From the NCBI GenBank assembly GCA_965231105.1, contig OZ246417.1, forward strand, positions 320,908-384,907: a stretch of DNA of 64,000 nt, in the 5' to 3' direction. The notes beneath the pieces are model-generated. The model was not told where the DNA came from, ran no database searches, and saw only the letters and a list, made by a program, of their open reading frames with translations. Both the position numbers and the translations under genes were made by a program. Origin of the DNA: an uncultured Candidatus Saccharibacteria bacterium (lineage in GTDB: Bacteria; Patescibacteriota; Saccharimonadia; Saccharimonadales; JACDBH01). The first letter of the stretch is position 1, and the number at the start of each line of letters is the position of its first letter. Of the stretch, positions 10,501-20,217 are shown in pieces.

Positions 10501-11191
10501 CCTGATCTTCGTGCTTTAGATAATGTGCGTCACAGGTTACGACAGTTTGAATTCCTACTTCCTCAGCTAGCTTAAAGGTATCGCCCGTAACCCGAACCTG
10601 CTCATCCCATTTACTTGGATGCTTTTCGTGCCCATGATCCTGCACTTCGATGTAGTAGCGATCACCAAAAACCTTCTTATACCATTCAGCTGTTTTCTTT
10701 GCCTGCTCATATTGTCCTTGGCGAAGGCTATCCCCAATCTCGCCACCAATACACGCGCTCAAGACAATAAGACCTTCGTTATATTTCTCAAGTAACTCGT
10801 GATCAATACGAGGCTTATAATAAAAGCCGTCCAGATTTGCGATTGTTGAGAGTCGCATAAGGTTCTGATACCCCACATTGTTCATAGCGAGTAAGATAAG
10901 GTGATAATAAACCTTGTCCTTGCTCGCATCCTTATCGGTATGAGCGCGAGCTGCAACATAGGTTTCGATTCCTAGGATAGGCTTAATATCCCGGGCTTTT
11001 GCTTCCTTATAAAACTCAATCAGCCCACTGAGGGTACCGTGATCAGTCATGGCAATAGCTTCCATACCAAGTTCCTTGGCGTGATCAAGCATTGCCGGCA
11101 CCTTACTCAAACCATCAAGGAGGCTGTAGTGCGAGTGGTTGTGCAGATGCACGTAATCACGAGGCGATAACGAAGCTTTTTTTGTCCCCAT
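7550..11191 (-). CDS. dnaE: DNA polymerase III alpha subunit
   Basis: 1213 aa. N-terminal PHP domain (HLHNHSHYSLLDG), polymerase core, HhH and OB-fold regions colinear with DnaE. Confidence 0.97.
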   Translation of the reverse strand: MGTKKASLSPRDYVHLHNHSHYSLLDGLSKVPAMLDHAKELGMEAIAMTDHGTLSGLIEFYKEAKARDIKPILGIETYVAARAHTDKDASKDKVYYHLILLAMNNVGYQNLMRLSTIANLDGFYYKPRIDHELLEKYNEGLIVLSACIGGEIGDSLRQGQYEQAKKTAEWYKKVFGDRYYIEVQDHGHEKHPSKWDEQVRVTGDTFKLAEEVGIQTVVTCDAHYLKHEDQEAHEILLCVQTGSFLSDENRMSLKNFELHVTDPKDIIERWGEEHPEVISNTREIADRCEVNLELGKILIPKFPVPKGETEQSYLHTLAYQGLAWRYGGVAEAEAKKLSIKEAKKVIPEHVLERASFELGIIENMGFNGYFLIIWDFINWGKNQGIVFGPGRGSAAGSIVSFALRITELDPLAYDLLFERFLNPDRISMPDVDIDIQDTRRDEVIQYCVEKYGVDRVANIVTFGKMAARNAVRDVARVLQVPYAEADRLAKMIPPPVQGRHIPLAVSLKENLELKAENDNNEQSARVFDLATKLEGTIRSHGVHAAGVVIAPDDIVKFAPLEMAQKGVVTTQYSMGPIEELGLLKMDFLGLSNLTIIKNALRIIKKVYKKDIDISSIPLDDPKTFELLSRGDTTGVFQLESAGMKRYLKELKPTVFDDIVAMVALYRPGPMQWIEDFIARKHGERAITYLHPAMKPALENTYGVIVYQEQVMQISKELSGFTGGQADTLRKAIGKKQVDVMKKMKKDFINGAVENSGADANSMDKFWKQLEDFAAYCFNKSHAACYALIAYQTAYLKAHYPAAFMAALMTSDYDDTDRLSIEITECKHMGIEVLPPDVNESFVEFAVVPTGDPMKDPVRFGMSAVKNVGTGAVEEILRIRKEGHFETLEDFFNKVNPRVFNRKALESLVRAGAFDRFGDRNQLLHNCDNLLSFATRVQKDASSGQVDLFGAAIDGITHVKPKITLEKGGIEYQPAEHLKWERELLGIYLSQHPLKAYETYLEELTMPLNELKPEMDGKTAVVGGAIIDAREITTKNGQKMAFIKLSDLHGETEIILFPGTYQQTAGIWERDKVVLVRGKINGVDRRSGEQLTEIKIMADEAREITREQAAAYQSTGKRQKIPGTKSAKAAPAPKPAAQSISSRVYIRLTSSNDENLLASLKQVIDEFNGPHDVVLVLGEAARKQIIKLPVGMRPTDDAISRLRELVGEEQVVVR

Positions 11192-11253
11192 TGATACTAT
11201 TATAAATGCAAATAAGCATGGATGGCCGTCCGGACGCGTTGTAATAAAGTCTT

Positions 11254-11508
11254 TTAATTACTTCTAATAGTGTCTCGGATGGATTCAGTGATTCTTGCCG
11301 CAAAAGGAATTTCGCCCAACAAAGAAAGTACCCAGAGTAAAAGCGCGACGACAATGGTTGCGCCGAGTACACCGCCAAGGCCGCTCGCCATCCCTTTCAA
11401 AAAACTCATCTTGAGCATCTGCTTTTTATCTAGATACCCTGTTTCATAAATAGCAGCGACGGTACGACCGAGATCTTCGTACTCTTTTGGCTTTTTAGGC
11501 TTTGGCAT
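11254..11508 (-). CDS. Small membrane protein (DUF5665-like)
   Basis: 84 aa, basic N-terminus, one TM helix. The start shares a base with the stop of the upstream gene at 11508. Confidence 0.5.
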   Translation of the reverse strand: MPKPKKPKEYEDLGRTVAAIYETGYLDKKQMLKMSFLKGMASGLGGVLGATIVVALLLWVLSLLGEIPFAARITESIRDTIRSN

Positions 11509-11915
11509 TATTTAGCGGTTTTTATATATTTTTGAAGATGAGCAAGCGCATCCTTTGCATCTTTGAGCGCCTTCTTAAGCTCAGGATCATCCGCATCACC
11601 ATCATGAAGTGCACTTAAAACTTCGCGGACTTTTTCTTTAGCAACTTTTGCCTTCTCTAGCCCTTGATTAAGTTCGTCTTTCGCTTTGCCGCTCAAAGAT
11701 TCACCTTTGGTCTTAACTTCAGCCATTACTTTATTAAGTTCACTGTGAAGTTCTTTAAGCTTCTTTTCGCTTTCAGACTTTACCCGTGAGGCTGTGTCTT
11801 TAATGTCTTTTCGTGTTTCCTTGCCGCTTTTAGGAGCCGTTAAAATACCGGCAACATACCCTGCGACACCTGCCAATGCTGCACCTAATGCCCATTTTCC
11901 TGTGTTCTTAGCCAT
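11508..11915 (-). CDS. YtxH domain-containing protein
   Basis: N-terminal GAALAGVAGYVAGILTAPKSGKETRKDIKD followed by a Lys/Glu coiled-coil, typical of the YtxH family. Confidence 0.75.
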   Translation of the reverse strand: MAKNTGKWALGAALAGVAGYVAGILTAPKSGKETRKDIKDTASRVKSESEKKLKELHSELNKVMAEVKTKGESLSGKAKDELNQGLEKAKVAKEKVREVLSALHDGDADDPELKKALKDAKDALAHLQKYIKTAK

Positions 11916-11918
11916 ATC

Positions 11919-12173
11919 TTACCTCCTCTTATGTTTGAAAACAGTTTCGGCCATATTAACAAAGAGACGTCCGACCGCTAAGGGACCGGCGCTTTTTTTG
12001 AGGATTTCAGTTGCACTTTCAACATTATCAGCGACTTCACGAGCCTTATCGGCTATTTCTTGCATACGTGAAACGAGTTGGATGAGCTTTGCGGTCAAGA
12101 TAATACCCAGCAATAAGAACAATGCTAAGAACGAGGAAAGGATAATGACTAAAATACTCTCTGCCGTGCTCAT
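11919..12173 (-). CDS. Small membrane protein (DUF948-like)
   Basis: 84 aa. N-terminal TM helix then a helical Q/E/A-rich segment. 3 nt from the ytxH-like gene. Confidence 0.55.
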   Translation of the reverse strand: MSTAESILVIILSSFLALFLLLGIILTAKLIQLVSRMQEIADKAREVADNVESATEILKKSAGPLAVGRLFVNMAETVFKHKRR

Positions 12174-12185
12174 ACGTACCTCTTA

Positions 12186-13085
12186 TTATACACCTTGGTC
12201 AAGAACCTGCTTCAAGTAAGCCTTAAAATCGTCACGAATATCATCATGCTGCAACGCAAAGTCCACAACCGTCTTTAAATATTCGAGCTTATTGCCGGCA
12301 TCATAGTAGCGAGCATTCTTAATTTCAGCGGCGATGATTTTTTTACCTTCGTCAATCATGAAACGAAATGCGTCATTGTAGTAAAGTTCATTGGTCTCTG
12401 CGCGTTCTTCGGCTGCACGATGAAGGTATGGAAAAACATCTGGCGTTAATAGGCAGCCGCTCACCGTGGCAAGATCAGATGGAGCGTTATCCCTACCGGG
12501 CTTTTCAGCAATATGCTTAACATCAATAATGCCTTCTCGTAAGAGCTCACCACCCGCAAAACCGTAGCGTTTATAGTCTTCATCTGTAGCGGCTTTGATT
12601 GTACTTAAAACAGGAGCCTTAAACTCTTCATACACATCGATCATTTGCTGGAAGCGCAAAGGAGAGGCCTTAATGAAGTCATCGCTCCAAGTGTAGATAA
12701 ATGGCTCATCTCCAATAAGATGCTCTACGTTTAGGAGCGGCGTGCCATTTCCATAGGGACCTTTTTGACGAACATATACGAAGTTGGCCATATTACCAAT
12801 TGCACGCGCTTCTTCTAAGAGAGGCTCCTTACTTGGACCACCAAGTTTCAAGTTCTCGATGAGGTCAGCAGCAGGACGATCGAAATGATCTTCAATGCTT
12901 CGCTTTGCGGAGTTGGTAACAATGATGATGTCTTTAATACCAACCGCAACCAGCTCCTCAACCACATATTGAATAATGGGCTTATCGATAAGCGGTAGCA
13001 TTTCCTTTGGCATTGCCTTGGTTTGTGGCAAAAACCGTGTCCCGAACCCTGCAGCTGCTATAACTGCTTTTCGTACTTTAACCAT
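12186..13085 (-). CDS. galU: UTP--glucose-1-phosphate uridylyltransferase
   Basis: KAVIAAAGFGTRFLPQTKAMPKEMLPLIDKPIIQYVVEE is the GalU signature N-terminus. Confidence 0.9.
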   Translation of the reverse strand: MVKVRKAVIAAAGFGTRFLPQTKAMPKEMLPLIDKPIIQYVVEELVAVGIKDIIIVTNSAKRSIEDHFDRPAADLIENLKLGGPSKEPLLEEARAIGNMANFVYVRQKGPYGNGTPLLNVEHLIGDEPFIYTWSDDFIKASPLRFQQMIDVYEEFKAPVLSTIKAATDEDYKRYGFAGGELLREGIIDVKHIAEKPGRDNAPSDLATVSGCLLTPDVFPYLHRAAEERAETNELYYNDAFRFMIDEGKKIIAAEIKNARYYDAGNKLEYLKTVVDFALQHDDIRDDFKAYLKQVLDQGV

Positions 13086-13905
13086 GAAGACTTACCTCCT
13101 GTCCCACCTCAAATAACCCTGTTCTTCTTCCATTCGCAACATAGCCATACACTCCGAAAACTGCTGTGCCTTGTGCATCTTTAGATAACTGGCCGTACAA
13201 CTTTGGCACATCTTTCCTGTTCTCACCCGTTTCCTGATCATACCCAGGCACGGGACAGCGCGGTGTTGCCCTTTCAATAGGGACTACAACCTCACCATTC
13301 TGGATACGAAGACTTCTTCCGACCCAGCTTTCCTCCTCAAAGGGTTCGCCTCCAGTTTCAATAACAATATTAGGCCTAAAGCGCTCAGGCCCAAACTGCG
13401 CACCTCCCCTTCGTTGAAGTTCCCTTACGGATTCAGCTGTAACGATGTGGATAGGCATTTGTTTACGTGTACGGGGGTCTAAAGAGCTGGCTTGATTTAG
13501 AAGAATTCTCTTTTGGGCCAAACGCACAGAAGGCAGGCCTAAGTAAGTCGCAAAGACCTCTGCCACCTGATCTCCTAAATCAATAGCAGGAGTTTCATCG
13601 CCAAATTCGTTAACTATGCAGTTCGACTCTGCCGTGGTAAATGGTATTCGTAATACTGTCTCCCCTTCCCCCTGGGGGACACTAAGAGAAACCACTTCAA
13701 TATCACCCATCATAGTCGCCCCCACTCGTGCCAACTGTCGATAGCGCTTCTGACTTACCCTATTAGGTTCACCTGGAGGTAGGGCCGCGTCATAAAGCAC
13801 CCACCACCGGTCTGCTGCCATATATTCGTTAAATGAAGGAACGGCAGTTACTTCACTCCTATGCGCTCCTGTTAAGGGGTGAACATACAGATTAGAGATG
13901 TGCAT
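13078..13905 (-). CDS. MOSC domain-containing protein
   Basis: MOSC N-terminal beta-barrel plus MOSC domain (RFRPNIVIE, conserved Cys in ATPRCPVPGYDQETG). 8 nt overlap with galU. Confidence 0.75.
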   Translation of the reverse strand: MHISNLYVHPLTGAHRSEVTAVPSFNEYMAADRWWVLYDAALPPGEPNRVSQKRYRQLARVGATMMGDIEVVSLSVPQGEGETVLRIPFTTAESNCIVNEFGDETPAIDLGDQVAEVFATYLGLPSVRLAQKRILLNQASSLDPRTRKQMPIHIVTAESVRELQRRGGAQFGPERFRPNIVIETGGEPFEEESWVGRSLRIQNGEVVVPIERATPRCPVPGYDQETGENRKDVPKLYGQLSKDAQGTAVFGVYGYVANGRRTGLFEVGQEVSLHG

Positions 13906-15342
13906 TTATACCTCGAGCTGTTTCTTAATTAATGCCTGGGCAATTTGTGGATTTGCCGCACCCTTTGATTCTTTCATAACTTGTCCCACCAAGAAGCCAA
14001 TGGCTTTCATTTCTCCGTTACTAACATCTTCCGCTGCTTTTGGATTTGCCGCAAGCACATTTTTGACAATTTCCGTAAGTGCACCTTCATCTGATTCCTG
14101 CAAGAGGTTCTTAGACTGAGCGATTTCTTCTGGGTCAGTGTTTGTCTTTAAGAGTTCTGCAAACACCTCTTTGGCTGCAGTAGAACTCAGTTTATTGTCA
14201 GACACCATTTGAGAAAGCTTTATAAGATGCTCGTCCGAAACATCTACCTTCTCTTTTTCTATCTTCTCGTCGTCGCTTAAACCACCCATGTACTGCACAA
14301 ACCAGAAAGCTATGCGCTTTGCATCTTCTGGCTTACCTTTTTCTATAATGCGAGACACGATCAGCGTCGTCGCCGGCACCGCGATGATATCCTCAACGAC
14401 TTTTGTATCGATGCCAAGCTTCTCAAATTCTTCGCGGTAGGCAGGTGGTAGTTTAGCCATAGACTCTTCAATGTCTTTCACCGTCTTTTCATCCAGTTCT
14501 ATCGGCGGCAGATCAGGATCTGGGAAGTAACGATAATCGTGGGCATCTTCTTTGCTGCGCTGAGAAAATGTCTTTTGTTTCGCATCATCCCAACCGCGCG
14601 TTTCTTGAACTATCGCCTGGCCCTTTTCGAGCAACTCAGTCTGCCGTTTAATCTCATATTCGATCGCCTTTTCGATAGACCGAAAAGAGTTAAGATTCTT
14701 GGTCTCAGTGCGCGTACCAAGCTTCGAAGAATCCTTACTTACAGACACATTCACGTCAAAACGCATATTGCCGTGATAGAGGTCAACATCGCTCACCCCT
14801 GCATACTTCATAAGAAGGTAGAGTTCGTGGGCATATGCTTTTGCCTCTGCAGCAGAATGCATATCCGGCTCAGATACAATTTCAAGTAGTGGCGTACCGG
14901 CACGATTAAGATCAACGAGGCTATAGTCTGCTCCACTGGGGTGGGAAGATTTACCTGCGTCTGCTTCAAGATGCGCGCGAGTAATGTTAATGCGCTTTGT
15001 TTCACCGCCAACCACAATATCAACATGCCCGCCAAGAACGATGGGCTCTTCATATTGAGTAATCTGATAACCCATCGGCAAGTCGGGATAGAAATAATGT
15101 TTGCGATCAAATTTACTAAATGTCTGCGGTTTGGTCCCAAGGGCAAAAGCTGCCCTGCTAGCAAGTTCTACCGCCTTCTCATTTAAGACAGGTAACGCGC
15201 CGGGTAAACCTAGGCAAATGTGAGAAACCAGCGTATTCGGTGCAGCATTGCGTGCATCGTTATCTACGGCAGCAAAGAGCTTGGTCTTCGTTTTGAGCTG
15301 TACATGACATTCGATACCGATGGTTGCTTGATAGTCACTCAT
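13906..15342 (-). CDS. gatB: Asp/Glu-tRNA(Asn/Gln) amidotransferase subunit B
   Basis: IGIECHVQL..., 478 aa, with a YqeY-like C-terminal tail. Confidence 0.95.
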   Translation of the reverse strand: MSDYQATIGIECHVQLKTKTKLFAAVDNDARNAAPNTLVSHICLGLPGALPVLNEKAVELASRAAFALGTKPQTFSKFDRKHYFYPDLPMGYQITQYEEPIVLGGHVDIVVGGETKRINITRAHLEADAGKSSHPSGADYSLVDLNRAGTPLLEIVSEPDMHSAAEAKAYAHELYLLMKYAGVSDVDLYHGNMRFDVNVSVSKDSSKLGTRTETKNLNSFRSIEKAIEYEIKRQTELLEKGQAIVQETRGWDDAKQKTFSQRSKEDAHDYRYFPDPDLPPIELDEKTVKDIEESMAKLPPAYREEFEKLGIDTKVVEDIIAVPATTLIVSRIIEKGKPEDAKRIAFWFVQYMGGLSDDEKIEKEKVDVSDEHLIKLSQMVSDNKLSSTAAKEVFAELLKTNTDPEEIAQSKNLLQESDEGALTEIVKNVLAANPKAAEDVSNGEMKAIGFLVGQVMKESKGAANPQIAQALIKKQLEV

Positions 15343-15749
15343 CAGATAGCCCCCAAATCTCGTAAGGCCTGGCCTATGCCAATGAGCGCATTCTTTACAT
15401 CTTTTTCACGAAGCTCTAAGTCCGGTTCATGTACCAGCTGGTTGCGAAGTTTATGCCCAAACCATACGCCATCATTATTAGTCAGAGATCGTTGAGCCGA
15501 TACCAGGCGCTCACCCATAGTCTTACCCTTGAATCGCTTCTTTTTGAGTGCCTCACTCAAGAGAATATCGGCCTGGATGATAGCAAGTGGCCACGTTTCG
15601 GGTTTTGCACACTGCTTTTGTAGTTCGCGCCACTTTTTCTTGAAATATTCTTGGTTAAGATCTTTCTGTGGACGCTTCACAAAAAAACTTACCAAGCCAA
15701 GGAGTGCAATAGCCCCACCAATAACAGCAATTAATACTTCGGCACTCAT
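15342..15749 (-). CDS. Membrane-anchored hypothetical protein with an Rx4H (HEPN-like) motif, embedded between gatA and gatB
   Basis: 135 aa with an N-terminal TM helix. C-terminal FGHKLRNQLVHE contains R-x4-H. ATGA overlap with the gatA stop and TGATG overlap with the gatB start. Confidence 0.6.
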   Translation of the reverse strand: MSAEVLIAVIGGAIALLGLVSFFVKRPQKDLNQEYFKKKWRELQKQCAKPETWPLAIIQADILLSEALKKKRFKGKTMGERLVSAQRSLTNNDGVWFGHKLRNQLVHEPDLELREKDVKNALIGIGQALRDLGAI

Positions 15750-17167
15750 CGTTCGATCTCCTCAAAAGCTTTTGCGAGCGACAGTAGCGCGCGGTCCTTG
15801 GTCTGAGGCGCCATTAACTGCACGCCTATAGGGAGGCCGTCTGTCTTTCCGGGTACACTAATAGCCGGCACCCCCACCAAGTTGGCAGCAACAGTCATGA
15901 TATCGGTTAAATACATCTTAAGAGGATCATTCACATTCTCGCCGATTTTAAAGGCAGTAGACGGTGCGGTAGGTCCAATTAAGAAATCAACTTCTTTAAA
16001 GGCAGCCTCAAACTCTTTAATTAATTTCGTGCGCACTGTCTGTGCCTTTTTGTAGTAGGCATCGTAGTAGCCACTGCTTAAGACATATGTTCCAATCATA
16101 ATGCGACGTTTCGCTTCTTTGCCAAAGCCACGCTCACGACTCAATTCATAACTTTCATCTAAGTCTTTTGCCTCTGTATCGCTGTAACCAAATCGTTGTC
16201 CGTCATAACGGCTCAGATTGCTACTCACTTCGGCTGGGCAAACAATATAGTACACAGCCAGTGCCAACGGAAGTGATGGTAAGCTTACTTCTTTAATAGT
16301 AGCGCCAGCTTTTTTTAGTGCCTCAGTTGCGGATTCTACCGTTGTCTTCACCTCAGGGTCGAGACCTTCGGTCATATATTCTTTTACGATTCCGATAGTT
16401 TTTCCGGCGATATCATCCGCGAGTTCGATATAAGGCGTATCGTCACGGGCAATAGTTGTACTATCCAGTTCGTCTTTTCCGGCCATTACATCAAGAACAA
16501 ATGCCGCATCCTCAACACTCCTGGTTAACGGACCGATACAATCGAGGCTGCTAGCCATAGCCACCACCCCACTACGAGAAACAAGTCCATAGGTTGGCTT
16601 GAGACCCACGCAACCGGTAAAGCTAGCGGGTAAACGAATTGAGCCACCCGTGTCGGTACCGAGGGCAAAGGGTGCAAGATCGAGCACTACCGCCGCCGCC
16701 GAACCACCAGAACTACCACCTGGTACCCGTTCTTTATCATGAGGGTTAAGGGTCGTAAAGAAATCGCTGTTTTCCGTACTAGAACCATGCGCGAAGGCGT
16801 CGAGGTTTGCTTTTGCAACACAAATCGCCCCTTCTGCTTCCAGACGCTCAATAGCCGAAGCCTGATACGGTGCGTTAAAGCCTTTTAAGATATTGCTCGC
16901 GGCTGTTGTTTCGCCCCCGTAGGTGAGGAAGTTATCTTTGGCAATAAATGGAACACCTGAAAGTCGCCCCGGCTCTTTACCGGAAGCAATATCTTTATCG
17001 ATTGCTGCGGCACGTTCACGTGCTCGCTCTGCGGTCGTGGAAATAATTGCCTTATATTCTGACTTTTCATCGATTGCCTTTAAGGCCAGTTCTACCTGCT
17101 CTAGGGCAGTGCGTTTTTTAGAAACTACTTCATCGGTAATAGCTTTAATTGAGGGCCAGGTAGACAT
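15746..17167 (-). CDS. gatA: Glu-tRNA(Gln) amidotransferase subunit A
   Basis: Amidase signature GGSSGGSAAAV, 473 aa. Confidence 0.95.
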   Translation of the reverse strand: MSTWPSIKAITDEVVSKKRTALEQVELALKAIDEKSEYKAIISTTAERARERAAAIDKDIASGKEPGRLSGVPFIAKDNFLTYGGETTAASNILKGFNAPYQASAIERLEAEGAICVAKANLDAFAHGSSTENSDFFTTLNPHDKERVPGGSSGGSAAAVVLDLAPFALGTDTGGSIRLPASFTGCVGLKPTYGLVSRSGVVAMASSLDCIGPLTRSVEDAAFVLDVMAGKDELDSTTIARDDTPYIELADDIAGKTIGIVKEYMTEGLDPEVKTTVESATEALKKAGATIKEVSLPSLPLALAVYYIVCPAEVSSNLSRYDGQRFGYSDTEAKDLDESYELSRERGFGKEAKRRIMIGTYVLSSGYYDAYYKKAQTVRTKLIKEFEAAFKEVDFLIGPTAPSTAFKIGENVNDPLKMYLTDIMTVAANLVGVPAISVPGKTDGLPIGVQLMAPQTKDRALLSLAKAFEEIER

Positions 17168-17172
17168 ATGCC

Positions 17173-17463
17173 TTAGAGAATCCTCTTTGTCTTAATGTAG
17201 GCTTTATCTCGTTGTGGCACATTCTTTAGAAGATCTTCTTGGGATGGGCCATACTCTTTAATCTCATCTGCACGAGTAATATTCTTAAGACCCGTTACCT
17301 GATAGGTTGGGCTTAATTTTTCTGTGTCTGCCTTATCAAGAATTTCAACATAGCCAAGAATGTCGCTGATTTCTTTTTGGAACTCAGCAATCTCTGCATC
17401 TGTTAAGCGCAAGCGAGATAGCCGCGCCAATTTTAATACATCCTCTTTTGTAAGACTTGCCAT
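17173..17463 (-). CDS. gatC: Asp/Glu-tRNA amidotransferase subunit C
   Basis: MASLTKEDVLKLARLSRLRLTDAEIAEF matches the GatC N-terminus. The ORF is open to 17487 and the start choice is uncertain. Confidence 0.85.
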   Translation of the reverse strand: MASLTKEDVLKLARLSRLRLTDAEIAEFQKEISDILGYVEILDKADTEKLSPTYQVTGLKNITRADEIKEYGPSQEDLLKNVPQRDKAYIKTKRIL

Positions 17464-17548
17464 TAGTACGTCTACTATAGCATCCATTTAACAGATAAGA
17501 TAGGGATAAAATCTTTAGAGTATGCACAAAGAATAATAGAGCCGATAA

Positions 17549-19513
17549 CTAGAGTTTGGATTTTACGTCAGTAATAATATCCCGAAGTTCGGCAGCCTTT
17601 TCGAACTCGAGGTTCGCAGCCGCCAAATCCATTTGTGCCGTAAGATCTTTGATAAGGTGCTTATATTCATCTTTTGGTATTTTCTTAAGATCCAGCTTAG
17701 CGCGCTTCGCTTCTTCGGGAAGATCAGGGCGAATCCCTTTTTCAACTGTCTTTTGAATACCTTGGGGTGTAATGCCATGTTCTTTGTTATATGCCTCTTG
17801 CAGCCCGCGGCGGCGATTCGTTTCATCAATGGTGCGCTTCATACTGCCGGTTATATTATCGGCATACATAATCACTCGCCCCTCCACATGACGCGCCGCG
17901 CGACCCACGGTCTGAATAAGCGCCTGCTCACTTCGCAAGAAGCCTTCCTTATCCGCATCGAGGATAGCCACAAGACTCACCTCCGGAAGATCAAGACCTT
18001 CGCGAAGCAGGTTGATACCAACCAAAACATCATAAACCCCTAAGCGCAGGTCTCTTAATATGTCAGTGCGATCGAGAGTATCAACATCACTATGAATATA
18101 GGTAACTTTAATATTAATCTCTTTTAAATATTCTGTGAGATCTTCGGCCATTCGTTTCGTCAGCGTCGTAACAAGTACACGCTGCCTTTTTGCAACAGTG
18201 TTGCGAATTTCGCTAATCAGATCATCAATTTGGCCTTCTATCTTGCGTACTTCTATCTGTGGATCCAGAAGTCCTGTAGGACGGATGAGCTGTTGGGCCG
18301 GTTCTGGACTGCGGGACAGCTCGTATTCGGCTGGCGTTGCACTGACATACACGATCTTATTAATGTGTCGCTCGAATTCCTGAAATGTTAAGGGTCGGTT
18401 ATCAAGTGCGCTTGGTAAACGAAAACCATGCTCAACAAGCACTTCCTTACGCGCTCTATCGCCGTTATACATACCACGCACCTGTGGGATCGTCTGGTGC
18501 GATTCGTCGGCAAAAATAATGAAGTCATCCGGGAAGTAATCCAGCAGTGTGGCCGGCTGCTCGCCTGGCTCACGATTAGTAAGATAGCGACTGTAGTTCT
18601 CGATACCTTTCACAAAGCCCGTTTCTTCTAACATCTCAAGGTCGAATTTCGTGCGCTGCTTTAAACGCTGTGCTTCAAGCAGTTTATTCTGCTTTTCAAA
18701 AATAGACACTTGATCGTCAAGCTCTTGCTCAATTTTACCCAAGGCAACCTTGAGCTTGTCATAAGGAGTAACATAGTGGCTACCTGGAAAAACTTGTAAG
18801 CTATCAAGCTCAGCTATGATTTCACCGGTGAGTGGATCAATTTTAGTGATGCGATCAACTTCATCGCCAAAGAACTCAACACGGTACGCAAATTCATCAC
18901 TTGCCGGAAATACATCAACCACATCACCACGGACACGAAACGTACTGCGATGAAAATCAATATCATTACGCTGATACTGAATGTCCGTTAAGTGTCGAAT
19001 GAATTTATCTCGCACTTTCCGTTCACCCTTCTTTACAATTTCAGATAGGCCTGAGTAGTCTTCTACCGAGCCAATACCGTAGATACAGCTTACGGAGGCA
19101 ACAATAATTACATCTCGACGAGTAAGGAGGGCGTCAGTTGCAGCATGGCGCAGTCGATCAATCTCTTCGTTAATTTGCGAGTCTTTTTCTATATAGGTAT
19201 CAGAACGAGGAATATAGGCTTCTGGTTGATAGTAATCAAAGTAGCTTACAAAGTAGTGGACTGCATTATCGGGGAAGAATTGCTTAAACTCGCTATACAG
19301 CTGAGCGGCAAGTGTTTTGTTATGACTTAAGATAAGTGTTGGCTTTTGAACATTCTGAATAATATTAGCCATCGTAAAAGTCTTGCCAGAACCCGTGACG
19401 CCTAAAAGGGTTTGTTCTTTGAGGCCGTTGTTGAGACCTTCGGTCAATTGAGCAATAGCCGCCGGCTGATCACCGCGGGGCTTATAGTCACTTTTAATTT
19501 GAAACTTAGCCAT
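17549..19513 (-). CDS. uvrB: Excinuclease ABC subunit B
   Basis: Walker [11 protein letters not shown], helicase motifs, C-terminal UVR domain ([11 protein letters not shown]). Confidence 0.97.
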   Translation of the reverse strand: MAKFQIKSDYKPRGDQPAAIAQLTEGLNNGLKEQTLLGVTGSGKTFTMANIIQNVQKPTLILSHNKTLAAQLYSEFKQFFPDNAVHYFVSYFDYYQPEAYIPRSDTYIEKDSQINEEIDRLRHAATDALLTRRDVIIVASVSCIYGIGSVEDYSGLSEIVKKGERKVRDKFIRHLTDIQYQRNDIDFHRSTFRVRGDVVDVFPASDEFAYRVEFFGDEVDRITKIDPLTGEIIAELDSLQVFPGSHYVTPYDKLKVALGKIEQELDDQVSIFEKQNKLLEAQRLKQRTKFDLEMLEETGFVKGIENYSRYLTNREPGEQPATLLDYFPDDFIIFADESHQTIPQVRGMYNGDRARKEVLVEHGFRLPSALDNRPLTFQEFERHINKIVYVSATPAEYELSRSPEPAQQLIRPTGLLDPQIEVRKIEGQIDDLISEIRNTVAKRQRVLVTTLTKRMAEDLTEYLKEINIKVTYIHSDVDTLDRTDILRDLRLGVYDVLVGINLLREGLDLPEVSLVAILDADKEGFLRSEQALIQTVGRAARHVEGRVIMYADNITGSMKRTIDETNRRRGLQEAYNKEHGITPQGIQKTVEKGIRPDLPEEAKRAKLDLKKIPKDEYKHLIKDLTAQMDLAAANLEFEKAAELRDIITDVKSKL

Positions 19514-19560
19514 CCTTATATTCTAACAAATATTAAGATTGCTTGAAGGCTCCTCGTTTC

Positions 19561-20217
19561 CTACCCTGTATGCTTATGCTGATCGCGCTCCAAAAACCAG
19601 TGATCATCTTTGAGCATATCTTTCTTAATATCCTTGTATTCGACATCAAGAATGTCCGTAATCATGTCAACGAGCTTCTCAGGATCATCGCTATAGACCA
19701 CTAAGCTTCGGTGTGGGGGATCAAGCATTTCCATAAGTTCTGGAATTATGTCTGCGGTACCACCACTGCCGATTAATACTCCACAGGGCTTACCAGCTTC
19801 TAGTGCAGTTGTAAATTCATGGAGGCTACCAAATCTTCCACCAACCGTGATGATTGCGTCACTCGATTGCACTAAGTACTGATCACGGCCAACATAATTA
19901 AGGCCAGTGAAGTTAATAAAATCAAAGAATACGTGCGGCAAGCGATATTTATGTAGGTGTTCACGCAAGGATGAAGCAGGCGAAAAGCCAATACTAACCC
20001 CTCCGGCAAGTTTTGCTCCGCGGGCCGCATGATATGGCAAACCTACAGTCGCTCCGGTGGTAAGGATATGACCCTTTGCAGCAATTGCTGCACCAACTCG
20101 CTCAGCTAATTTTGAGGACGTAATGACTGTTTTACCGGCAGCAGCACCAGAAACACAGATTGAGTACTGTAGTTCATGCCCGCCATGAATATGGTCATCA
20201 CTTTTTGTTGTAGCCAT
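19561..20217 (-). CDS. TIGR00725/LOG-like (SLOG superfamily) Rossmann-fold protein
   Basis: ICVSGAAAG...GHILTTGATVGLPYHAARGAKLAGGVSIGF...IITVGGRFGSLHEF pattern of the LOG/DprA-like fold. The start overlaps the upstream stop (TAATG). Confidence 0.7.
   Translation of the reverse strand: MATTKSDDHIHGGHELQYSICVSGAAAGKTVITSSKLAERVGAAIAAKGHILTTGATVGLPYHAARGAKLAGGVSIGFSPASSLREHLHKYRLPHVFFDFINFTGLNYVGRDQYLVQSSDAIITVGGRFGSLHEFTTALEAGKPCGVLIGSGGTADIIPELMEMLDPPHRSLVVYSDDPEKLVDMITDILDVEYKDIKKDMLKDDHWFLERDQHKHTG

Noticed and set aside
7550-11191. Numerous 60-120 aa ORFs on both strands within dnaE, and likewise within uvrB, typA, the cargo genes and others.
   Set aside because: All are nested in or antisense to long genes with strong homology, and none has an SD/start context better than chance.
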